In this document: positions 51,741 to 64,000 of the stretch, in pieces
Position numbering within the stretch: the stretch's first letter is position 1
Layout of the letters: each line of letters begins with the position of its first letter
Source of the DNA: Octopus bimaculoides
Taxonomy: Eukaryota
Reading direction: 5' to 3'
NCBI RefSeq assembly: GCF_001194135.2
Contig: NC_068994.1
Location: 42,809,553 to 42,873,552 of the forward strand
Length of the DNA: 64,000 bases
Notes under the pieces: model-generated
What the model saw: only the letters and a program-made list of their open reading frames with translations
Told to the model about the DNA's origin: nothing
Database searches by the model: none
Position numbers and translations under genes: made by a program

Positions 51741-52761
51741 AAATCCGCTTACTTGTAAGAATCCGTCCGATGGGTCCCTGTTAGATTCTCACTGTATGTT
51801 CTTAAGAAGAGTTTCCAGTTATTCTGCAGACTTGGAGTGGTAAGAGAAGGAGATAGGTGTATACATATGCTTGTGTGTATGTGAGTGCTTGTTTGTATGT
51901 GTGTGTGTGTATGTACTTATGTGTGTATGTATGTATGTATGTATGTATTTATTACAGTTTGTGCGAATTTGTTATATGTTGCCGTGTTGATAGTTTACAG
52001 ACCGTAAGTTAAATGATCGGCTGGTTCAGAGAAAATGCAAGAGAAAGATTAAGCGAGTGTTGTATTTGTGTATATGAAAGACGTTTAAGAGTGAGAAGGA
52101 TCGAAAGTGAAAGCGAAAGTAAAAGTAGCTTAGCGTTGAAGAGTGTGAGAGAAAGAGAGAGCATGTGCTTCTGTTTATATGTCTATACACAATGAATGAA
52201 TGGGCATCTCTCTCTCTCACGCTCTCTCTTTTTCTCTCTGTATATGTGTGTATGGTTTTCTCAACTTATTGTAAGCTGTACGTATGTGATTCACTGGGTG
52301 TATGTCTCACCGTTTAAACGGTTACCTGTGTGTATTTTGTTTGTTTGTAACGTATAAGCGAACATATTCTTATACTTGTGTGTGCATGTATGTATTCTTA
52401 TCTTGTGAGTGTGCGTTTGTTTATAATGTACGTGTGTGTGTGTATGTGTGTGCGTGTATGTGTGAATACTTACGAACTTGTGTTTCTTTTATGTAAGTAA
52501 AAATGTGATGCGAGTCGGTGTTTGGTAAACTCTGTCTAATCCCGAATGCGCTTCGGTGTACAGGAGTCTATCGTTATGAATGTTCGCTCTCACTGCTTCT
52601 TAACCGGCGTGCGAGTGTGTGCGTGTGTGTGTGCATGTGTGCATGTGTGCAGTTATACGTAAGTGTATCCATGCGTATGCGAGCCAGTGTCAGAATCCGG
52701 TAATGTTTTTTTAACTTAAGTATTTGCATATATATATATAGATATATACATATATATAACT

Positions 52762-52817
<56 letters not shown>

Positions 52818-53240
52818 TCACGTTTGTGAATATGTATCTATAAAAGCATCGATATGAGTTTTGACACTGCTTGTTTAAGTGCGCGCATGTTATGTGTCTC
52901 CGCACGATGTTTGTAGGAGTTCCTTTCTGTCTCTCTCTCTCTCTCGCTTTCTTTCTTTTTCTCTCTTAGTATTTTCGTAACCTGTGGCTTTGGAACAGTT
53001 CTGACTGAAGTTCGCTGTTCTGTTCCGTGGTTATGACCACTGACTGATAGCTGTGGTCCTCAACTAAACAGAACGCTCACCACCGCTGACCATAACACTG
53101 GAACCACCGCACCACCATCGTCGTTATCTTTTAGTGCAGTTGCTAACCTCTACGAAATCTATTCGCACTTCTGGCCTGCCGTTTCTCACTCCACCTTTTT
53201 ACCTAGCATTTCATATACAAATCACACTTTCATACGCACG
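51741..53240. promoter_or_regulatory. CpG-retaining block, candidate promoter / first-exon region
   Basis: Hand count of about 57 CpG in 1.5 kb versus about 13 in 12001-13500; no recognisable TE explains it. Confidence 0.45.
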
Positions 53241-53752
53241 TATGTATGTATGTATGTATGTATGTATGTACGTATGTATGTATGTATGTATTATGCATGT
53301 ATGTATGTGTGTATATGTATGTACGCATGTATGTATGTATGTATGTATGTATGTATGTATGTATGTATGCATGTATGTATGTATGTATGTATGTATATAC
53401 GTACGTTTGTACGTATGTATGTATGTATACATGTGTGTATGTATATATATATTACTGCTTTAACGTTTTAATATGTGCGTCTCTTTCAGATATATGAACT
53501 ACTGACGATGTGTATATACATATATATACATATATACATACATACATATATATACATCCATATATATATATATATATATATAAGACAATTCAAACAAATA
53601 GAGGATGATACATATNNNNNNNNNNNNNNNNNNNNNNNNNNNNNNNNNNNNNNNNNNNNNNNNNNNNNNNNNNNNNNNNNNNNNNNNNNNNNNNNNNNNN
53701 NNNNNNNNNNNNNNNNNNNNNNNNNNNNNNNNNNNNNNTGAATATATGCATG

Positions 53753-53786
<34 letters not shown>

Positions 53787-54225
53787 TGTATGCATGTATG
53801 TGGGTGGGTGGGTGCACATGTGTGTGTACTTCGCCGAACTTGGTTCAATCGAAGTTGTCTAATTTTATATGATATACTCAGTACAAAAGGCAAGTTCAGA
53901 GCTTCGTATATTTCTTATTCAAAAGTTTGCTCTTCCTACATACATGCATACATTCATACCCTACATACATACATACGTACATACATACATACTTACGAAC
54001 AAAGTGACAGCTTGATAGATAGACATTACATATATATATATATATAGTGTCCATCTATTTAGCTGTCTGTATATATAATGTCTATCTAATATAAATTTAT
54101 ATAAATAAGGATAAGATCGTTATTTAAAATACCGATCATATCAAGAGGCTAGCATGGGATTAAAAACCTCATAGGTGATAATTGTTATTAAAATTGTAAT
54201 TGAGGGTATCTAAAAGATTCCACCA

Positions 54226-54300
54226 TGCTAGATATAGCAGCCAAAACTTGACTCTAAAACCACTGGTTTTAGAGTCAAGTTTTGGCTGCTATGTCTAGCA
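54226..54300. repeat. Near-perfect 75-bp palindrome (37+1+37, one mismatch)
   Basis: tgctagatatagcagccaaaacttgactctaaaacca c tggttttagagtcaagttttggctgctatgtctagca. Confidence 0.95.
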
Positions 54301-54359
54301 AGTGTCTTCTCCCAAAACCTTGTGAGTGGATTTGGTAAATGGAAACTGAAAGAATCCCG

Positions 54360-54396
<37 letters not shown>

Positions 54397-54896
54397 GATA
54401 CTCAGAACCAGGCACAGTCACATTCACAGGTGTAAACAGTTGTAACAGAGAGATAAGTTTATGACCAAATGGTAAGTCAGTCATTTGATAAATAGACATT
54501 GATAAAATATGCACCACTACTAAAGAAGTCCTGGGGTTGGGGGCTGATCTCATCTATGAAACTCTTGAAGGATATGTTCCAGCCTGGTGTTAGTCTACTG
54601 TCTAAGTCCAATACGACAATATGTAACTATCTATTTACTAGTGAATGAACACACACACACACATACACGCACAAACGCGTGCACACACGGACACCCCACA
54701 CACAGAGCTTATATATATAAAAAAAGTATATAACTATGTAGATTTAATTATAATTATACCTGTTCATGTATTTAAATAACTGTGTGGTTTTATGTCTATG
54801 TTTGTGTGCATGTATATGCATATGCATGTATGTATGTATGTATGTATGTATATAATATTGTGAGTGTTGGGATTGTGTGTGCATATGATTAATAAT

Positions 54897-55111
54897 CTTT
54901 TCTACTCTAGGCACAAGGCCCGAAATTTTGGGGGAGGGGGCCAGTCGATTAGATCGACCCCAGTACGCAACTGGTACTTAATTTATCGACCCCGAAAGGA
55001 TGAAAGGCAAAGTCGACCCCGGCGGAATTTGAACTCAGAACGTACAGACAGACGAAATACCGCTAAGCATTTCGCCCGGCGTGCTAACGTTTCTGCCAGC
55101 TCGCCGCCTTC
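54897..55111 (-). mobile_element. Very young full-length family B SINE with an exact 19-bp TSD
   Basis: tgtgcatatgattaataat at 54878-54896 and 55112-55130; CpGs intact. Confidence 0.95.
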
Positions 55112-55572
55112 TGTGCATATGATTAATAATAAAATCCTTTATTTTTGTTTGTGTACAATCTATATCTACATAAATACACAAGTTTATAAATATACCTAAA
55201 TCTATATAGGATATATATGCACATGTGTGTACCTGTGTATATGTTTATATATATATATATGTATGTGTATATATATGTATATTTATATAGATACAAATAT
55301 AGTTATATATGTATATATATATGCCTGTAATTATAATATTTGCACAAGCTCTTAAATATTCCGTTATCCACCCACATATGCAATAAACAAATATATAATT
55401 ATCTCTGTGTCTATGCATAGGCAAGCATATACATATGATGAGTAAATATGTACACATATGTATGTATGTGTGTATATATATATAGATAGATAGATACACA
55501 CACACACATACATGCGCACGTGCATCCACACACATACATACACACACACACAAATATGTATATCAATCAAAT

Positions 55573-55619
<47 letters not shown>

Positions 55620-55916
55620 CTATATGTTTATACATATGTATTTATATACACACACACAAACATACAACACATATACACATACAGTTTTTATTGATTTGAA
55701 AACAAATGTATATATAAATGTCAATATTTTCTGATTTCAATAGATGTAGACATATTTCCTTGCTCTTACAAACACTCCAATAAAGTTTCACATAAATGCA
55801 TACATCTAAGCACATAAAAGCCATGCTTCAATCTAAATTAATTCAAATAAACGTATACATTATGTGCGTATATTTATGCATATATATGTGTGTGTATGTG
55901 TGTATATGTACGTGTG

Positions 55917-55956
<40 letters not shown>

Positions 55957-56052
55957 CGTATGTATATACATAAATATATATACACACACACATATATATA
56001 TATATATATGTATGTATATACATATATATATAGATATTCGTATATATATATG

Positions 56053-56087
<35 letters not shown>

Positions 56088-56268
56088 GCATTTGTATGTA
56101 TTCGTATATATATATGTATGTATATATATATATGTATATATATGTGTGTGTTTATGCATATATATATATATGTATGTATATACATATATATATAGATATT
56201 CATATATATACATATATATATGTGTGTGTATATATATATATATATATATACATACATATATATATATG

Positions 56269-56315
<47 letters not shown>

Positions 56316-57803
56316 GTATATATTGGAATGAATGAATGAAACCAAAGAATATTTATTACATAATGCTGGCTAGAAAATGGCTTCCTAAATATAACTGTTC
56401 ATAAATGAGAACAAAGAACTGATGCAGAAAAAAAAAAAACAAGAAATAGAAAAACAGAAAGGATTTTGCAAACAACTTTTCCAGAAAACTATTTGTTATA
56501 TAAATTCTATATATGAAAATTTCTATATCTATGTATAGTTTATTAATTGAAATGAAATTATTCCATGTTATCTGGTAGGAGATGTGAATACTAAATATAG
56601 TTTTAGATTGCTGGCATGATACAAAGATCAAACTATGTGTTGTTTTTTTTTATATCTTAATTTATATTTTTTTCTGGATAATATTGAATAAAAATGAAAA
56701 AAAATTGGAGGAAGAATTAATTTTCATTTTATAAATTAATTTTTATTCAAGTTTCTTCTATTTTTATTTTTTAATATTTCATTTAATCTTTCTAGCTGTT
56801 TATTTCTATGACAACTATTGATGACTTTTGGAGAGATCCTAAGATAGATTTTCCTTCCCAAAAATCTGTCCCTCTGTGTCTGAAAACATTATGAGTTTAA
56901 TATGACTACTCAATACATAGATTATCTCTGGAAATTGGAACAAAATTTCTTTATCCTTAAATGGATTTCAGATTTTAAAACCATTAATTTTGAAAGAACC
57001 TAAGCTGTACAATAATTTTTCTCTGATTCACCATTATTATTATCATTTGTAATTGTTTATTATATTTCACATTTTTCCTTTTTATTGTAATCATTATTAT
57101 TATTATTATTGTTATCTTTTTTTCTTCTGATTTCTAAATTAGAAAGAATTTTCTGGAATCTGATAAGCTATTTCTAATGAAATATATTGGCAGTAATTCA
57201 TTATCAAACTATATAACTATTCATCTAGTGAACAGGAAAATAATTAATGGTCGTGATAAAATGCAGCAGATTTGCACAGATTTTGCTTTATTTCTCATTT
57301 TATCGTTTAAATAGCAAAGATGTTGTTTAAATGATGGCAAATTTGTAGCTTTTAAATAACTTCTAGCTCTCTCTGTCTCTCTCGCTCTATCTCTGTATCC
57401 CTTTCTCTTTTAACCTTCTCTTTCTCCTCTCTCTCTCTCTCTCTCTCATGTCCTTTTTCTCACATTCTCTTTCCTTTATCTTCTCTTCCAATCTTTATAT
57501 CTTTCTTTTTTTCCTCCCTCTTTTATCCATCTATTTCTCTCCCCCCCCTCCAATCATATTTGCATTCTGAAACAGCTCTTTCTTTACTCCTCCCCCCTCC
57601 CCTCCTTATTTTTCAATTCTTTCTCTTTTTCTTCTTTTTCTTCTTTTTCTCTGTCTCCTTTTATTTCATTGTCATTGTTTTCCATCTTTTTCTCTTTTCC
57701 TTTCCCCTCGCTAACTCTATTATGTTTGTCTCTTTTTTTTTTTTTGTCTCTATTAATGTCTTTTGTCTTCACTTCTCTCTCTGTCTCTCTCTCACTCCAT
57801 CTC

Positions 57804-57835
<32 letters not shown>

Positions 57836-58994
57836 ATATTTACTCTCCTGCTAATTGCTTTTAAATTTTTGGTAATGACAAAAAGAAAAGACAAAAACAA
57901 AACAAACAAAAAAAAACAAACAAAATAGTCACAAGTAAAAACACAAAATAGTAAAACCAAAAAATGTGCTCGATGCATCACATTTTAATTTCATTTTAGG
58001 TTAATGCCGTTAGTGGCAATTTAACTAACATTAATACAGTTTATCATAGTGTTGAATTTATCTTAATTTTGGCCTCACTTCAATGATATTAGTTCAACGT
58101 TAACTTTGCTGAGAAATAAAACAAAATTCAATGCTTTATTGAAATCAAATTGATGTACTTGTTGTTTTTGATGTTTTTTTTTTAGTTAGTTGTTCTTATC
58201 TGTTGTTGTTGTTGGTGCTAGTATTAGTTATGGCGATGGTGGTTGTTACTGTATTAGCGTTGTTGTAGTTGTTACTACTGTTTTGTCATAAATTCTCCTT
58301 AGCGGAACAACTCTGAATTGTCAAGATTTAAAAAGAGACTAAATTCCTCGATATAATTGGTAATCTGAAACTGACCGTTCCATACCATAGCATAACAGGC
58401 CATACCATTCCACCTCATCACACCTTATTTTCTCGTACATTATTGTATGTTCCCAATTTCAGCTTTACATTTCCTGTGTAGGTGGGCCCAGAAAGCTTAT
58501 TGACACTATGCCTTCTCCTTAAGCTGGTCAATCAATAAAAATTAAAACCTTCATTTTTTTTCTACTCACACACTCTGTTTCTCCCATCATGCTCTCTCTC
58601 CCATCACCTTCTCACTCTTATTCTTCTTCTGTTCTTGTTGTTTCTCACTCTCTCTCTCCCTCCCTCTCATTTTCTCTCTCCTTCCCTCTCTTTCTCTCTA
58701 TTTATCCATCAATCTCTTTATCTATTAATCTAGTTCTCTCTCTTAGTTTCTTCTCTCTCTCTTTTCTTTCCTTCTCTCTATTACTTTTCTTTCTTTCTTC
58801 CTCTTCTCTTCTTCACTTTCCCTCTCTTTCCTTCTCTCTCTCTTTCTTTCCTTCTCTCACTCTTTTCCCTACACTTGCTCTCCCTTTCTCACTCATTCAT
58901 TCTCCTCTTTTTCCATCTCTCACACTCCCTCCCTCTCTCATACTCCCTCTCTCTCTCTCACACACACCCTCTCACACACCCTCTCACACTCCCT

Positions 58995-59132
58995 CCCTCT
59001 CTCATGCTCCCTCTCTCATGCTCCCTCTCTCATGCTCCCTCTCTCATGCTCCCTCTCTCATGCACCCTCTCTCATGCTCCCTCTCTCATGCACCCTCTCT
59101 CTCTCTCTCACACACCCTCTCTCTCATGCTCC
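58995..59132. repeat. 14-bp minisatellite (ccctctctcatgct) within a CT-rich tract
   Basis: About 8-9 tandem copies with a gct/gca variant. Confidence 0.9.
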
Positions 59133-61817
59133 CTCCCTCTTTTTCAATTTTATTCCCTCTCTTGATCACATTACCTTTTTCTAAACAGGCAACATACATA
59201 CAGTAGGCAGGACCCTTTAATCTTGTGAGCTACAAGGCAATCTCACTTGTTCCAGTCCTACAGTAAATACACCAAGTACACTCTGCTTACAGAATGGTTG
59301 GCAATTGAATAGAGACATGTAGAATCAAAAAGGACCCATTTAATTTTGCTGAAGATATGATAACCTCTTTAGTGTTGGTGACATTGCAAAATGTACCAAG
59401 CACACTTTGTAAATTGGTTGGCAAATGAACAAAGACAACATAAATTTAAAACTGAAGGAAACATTTGGGTGCAGGTGCTTTAGCAACAGTGCTTTTTGGC
59501 ACTGAACACAAACACACAAACACACAAACNNNNNNNNNNNNNNNNNNNNNNNNNNNNNNNNNNNNNNNNNNNNNNNNNNNNNNNNNNNNNNNNNNNNNNN
59601 NNNNNNNNNNNNNNNNNNNNNNNNNNNNNNNNNNNNNNNNNNNNNNNNNNNNNNNNNNNNNNNNNNNNNNNNNNNNNCACACATGCAAGCTGAAATATAC
59701 ACATACAAATAGAAAGAGTAAGAGAGAGGGGGGCAGGGAGAGACATTACAAATTATTAATTGAACATAATTGATACAAACATTTTCCCTCTCTTCATACA
59801 TCTAGAGAAATATGCTCACATACATGAAGAGACTCAGATAGAGAGAGGAAGAGAAACAGAGAGAGGGAGAGAGAGAAAGAAAGAAAAAAAGAAAGAGAGA
59901 AAGAGAGGGAGGGAATGAGAGAATCATTAAAACATCTGATATCAAATAAATCAATGATGCCAAAACATTTCATACCTCGATTAAAGCATTCTTCAATCTT
60001 GCTTAAGTGATAACAGCCTCTGTAATACCACAGTAACATGTACTCACTTCACCCTTTAGTGTGTTGTCATTAGAAAGGGCATCCAGCTATAGAAATTATG
60101 CTAAAAATGGAGAATGAGAGAGAAACATAGTCCTAGAACCTATTAGAAGGGGTGAAACTCCAAATAATTTAGCTCAGACTACGAGAACCAGTCCAGCTCA
60201 TTTTAGTATGGAATCTGGACGTAGCATGATGGAGATCTTTTGATGAATTATGTTCTAACATGCTTTACAATAGATTAGGATTGTAAAGAAGCAGTGAGAG
60301 ATTTTTATCTACCAATGCTTGTAGTACACCATGGCTATTGTTGCACAATAATAAGGTAAGGTCGAGCATTATTTTATAATACAAGTGATATTTGTTGTTA
60401 TTGCTATTGTTGTTATGTAACCTCGGTTCAAAGGCTTTCCTGCTTTAACCATCCAATCTTTTTATCCAATCAGTGTATCTAAGATTAGTGATAGCTAACC
60501 TATGACATGAATATCGCCAATGGCAAACCTATGGTACGTGTATCAGACTGTTAGTATTTATGGGGAGCAAATGATTTTCAACACAAACCTCTACCTTTGT
60601 CATCATGTAGTACAAAATATTCTATAAACTGACATATATGTGTTCATGTAGAAGACATTTCAACATCAGAACCATTGAAAGAAATTAAAATTTAAAGACA
60701 TTGGGCAATAAAGGTTAGCAATCACTGATCTAGGACAATATTACCCAATATATCCTTCATTTTAAAACTATAATAAAGTGACATTTGAGTAAGTTTGGCT
60801 GCTATTTCTTCTTGAAGGTGGTGTGACCTTCTAGAGACTCCTTTGTTGGTTTGAAAGGCTATATACTTAGAATGGAAGAGTACAATGCTTGCGTGAATGG
60901 CATTATACTTTATATAATAGTATAGAAAATGCTGTGTTGAGAAAAATAGTGAAGAATTATGAATTAGCAGTATATCCTAAATAAATGGCCCTTGTCGATA
61001 TTCCACCGATTTTTAGTATTATTATCAATATCCTATTTAGCATTAAAGCTTCAGAACAGAGAAAAAGAAAGCATGCTTTTTCTTTTTTTTTTCTTTTTTT
61101 TTTTTTGAGAGAGAGAAAGAAGCCTTGAGCTTCCTGGTCTAATGGTTTCTTCATTGTACTATTCTTTGCTTACTGACACAGACAAACAGTTAGGTAATTT
61201 CCAATTTTGGCAAGAAATACTGCAAAACACAAAAGAACCCAAAACAGTATAATCCCTCACCCTTTTCCCACCACCACCACCACCACCATCACCACCACTA
61301 CCAACAACAACAACATCTCTCTTCTCTCAGATTATTTATTGCTCATAAAGAGAGATGTGAAACCTGTTATTTTTACATCAAGTTGATTTTTGTGCCTTTG
61401 ACAGCTATTTTGGGAGGTTTTATAGGATTTGGTCAAAGCTTTCATGTTAAAATGTCAGCCGAGACAAATTTCCAATATTCAGTTACTACTACTGATTGCC
61501 AAATCCATGTTTCCTTTGAATTCACACGACTGAATGCAGTAACAGATTTTAGCTTTTTGACGTAGCATAGATATCTTAGATATTGGTCTTGATTTATCAG
61601 GAAAGCAGGTAAGATTTACAATCCAGCCTGTATGCTCGGATAAGAAGTAAATTGCTTGCTGGTAAAGAAGAAAATGAAGAAAACCATATATAGTTTTTGA
61701 AGTTATGTTGTGAAGTGACTTTGTTCCTTGCGTTATTATTAAACCATGAATATATTATTATTGTTGTTATTATTACTGTTGTTGTCACACTTATTGCTTT
61801 CATTATATTATCATTGC

Positions 61818-61859
<42 letters not shown>

Positions 61860-62030
61860 CATCATCATCATTGTTATTATTCAGTAGTCTTATTTTTATT
61901 GCGTGCTGTCATAGCACAACCGAGCTTAGCTCTGTGGACCTTCGGTTTTGTTAAACATTCTTTTATTATTGTCTTGTAATTTCTATTGTATTGAAATGTG
62001 TATGCAGTGTCTAAAAGTGCTGTTTTCTAT

Positions 62031-62063
<33 letters not shown>

Positions 62064-62346
62064 GAGTAACTCCTGAGTTTCAGGGTGATCTTATGTGTCT
62101 GCCTCTTTTGTAAATCATTTCCCAAGGCATCTATTATAATAGGGATTGTTTCTATTTTCTGTAGCCTCCCAATATCGATATCATCTCTATTATTTCTTCT
62201 TCTTCTTCTTCTTCTTCTTCTTCTTCTTCTTCTTCNNNNNNNNNNCTTCTTCTTCTTCTTCTTCTTCTTCTTCTTCTTCTTCTTCTTCTCATACTCTTAC
62301 TACTATACTGCCATCAATGCCACCACTACCACCACCAATGCTGCTG

Positions 62347-62379
<33 letters not shown>

Positions 62380-62444
62380 TTGCTGATGTTGTTACCATTG
62401 TCGCTACCATTGCCACAACCATTACCACCATTATTACTACATAT

Positions 62445-62522
<78 letters not shown>

Positions 62523-63347
62523 ATAGTAGTAGTAGAAGCAGCAGCAGCAGCAGTGGCAGCAGCAGTAACAGTAGCAACAGTAGCAACAGTAGCAACAGTA
62601 GCAGCTGCAGTCCAGATTGGAGCATGTTACCCAAAGTTTGTTTCTGGAAGTTCAGTCCTCTCTCTCTCTCTCTCTCTCTCATCACGAGCAATATCTGTCA
62701 GCTTTGATACAGTGGCACACAATTTGACATTTGTATAGTGTACATTTAATTTTGCCTTCTTTTCTAGACTTCCACCATCTTCAGTTATTACTTTTTTTTA
62801 AATAACCAATCAAAATTAGATACATTTGTATGGAAGGCTAAAAGAATTCAAAATTCAACAAAGTCATTTGCTGTTGCAAGAAATTGAACATACCACTGGC
62901 ATCTTCTTCACACCGATCTTGACAAAGTTGATAATCTTCTTTGTCAGACAGACACATCTGTAATGGCTAATCTCACTTAAGCTGGTGTCTGCTACAACCC
63001 TCAGAAACGTGGATATGTTTCCAGGAGCAGTGGTTCTCACTAGGACTTTTGAACAGTTACTGAGAATGTTCCCAAAGGTTCCACTCTTCATACACAGGTG
63101 AAAGCTTGGAAAGGTGAGGTGAAAGCTGGGAAAACCAGAGTCACTAGTTTACACCCAATACCTGAAGATTGCTTTTTTCTGAAACATGCTAAATTGACCC
63201 CAGTGCTTCCCAACCTAATTTACCCCAGACCCCAACTATAAGTTTCCAGAAAAATGCGTGCCCCACTGGTGGTTTGGAAAAAAACAACTTTATTTTTAAT
63301 GCTTCATAATCATATACTTTCCTTAAAGAAATATCCACATATCCACT

Positions 63348-63520
63348 GGCATGACTGTGTGGTAAGAACCTTGCTCCTCAACCACATGGTCCTGGGTTCA
63401 GTCTCACAGCATGGCACACTGGGCAAGTATCTTCTACAATGGCTTCAGGAAAGCCAACAGCCTTATGAGTGGATTTGGTAGATGGAAACTGAAAGAAACT
63501 CATTGTATATACACACATAT
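63348..63520 (+). mobile_element. tRNA-derived SINE, family A, 5' half
   Basis: ggcatgactgtgtggtaagaacc...gggttcagtctcac...gggcaagtatcttct. Confidence 0.85.
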
Positions 63521-63625
63521 ATATATATATATGCATATATATACATGCACACACATTTATATATATGTATATGCACACACAAACATATATAGATAGAAAT
63601 ATATACACATAGATATATGCATGTT

Positions 63626-63662
<37 letters not shown>

Positions 63663-63669
63663 GCGTGTG

Positions 63670-63723
<54 letters not shown>

Positions 63724-63851
63724 GAGGCATGTGGCTTAGTAGCTAGAGCAGCGGACTCGCAGTTGAGGGATTGTGGGTTCAAATTTCAGACTGGATAATG
63801 TGTGTGTGTAAATACATATATACACACACATATACATATATGTGTATGCAG

Positions 63852-63886
<35 letters not shown>

Positions 63887-64000
63887 TACATTTATGTGTG
63901 TTTGTATATATGTATATATTTATGCATATATGTGTCTGTACAGGGGATTATATTATATATATGTTATCTAAATTTTGTCATTTGTATTTTGTTTTATTGA

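Noticed and set aside
62864-63091. 75-aa minus-strand ORF in unique-looking sequence
   Set aside because: No recognisable motif or splice context; possibly an old LINE fragment but unassignable.

Overview
AT-rich, microsatellite-saturated eukaryotic DNA from a draft assembly with 14 N-gaps. It is very probably an octopus (coleoid cephalopod) genome; this is inferred from the protocadherin type and the SINE landscape. There is one convincing host gene: a minus-strand protocadherin whose signal peptide, six cadherin repeats, TM helix and proximal cytoplasmic region lie in one 2.4-kb exon (ATG 23520, phase-0 donor at 21151/21150, acceptor at 23577). Its downstream coding exon(s) were not found. 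Its promoter may be the CpG-rich block at about 51.7-53.2 kb. The rest is repeats: a nearly complete but disabled piggyBac transposase (29.1-31.1 kb), piggyBac, hAT and mariner MITEs and remnants, R4/Dong-type and RTE LINE tails, Penelope-like fragments with three hammerhead-ribozyme motifs, dozens of tRNA-derived SINEs, several fold-back palindromes and simple repeats. Nearly all other ORFs in the track are microsatellite or N-run artefacts. I found no rRNA, true tRNA or CRISPR array, and no clearly new multi-gene system. The most interesting signals are the intronic hammerheads, the protocadherin 5' start-stop element and short-isoform potential, and several unusual repeat geometries. All alignments and counts were done by eye.
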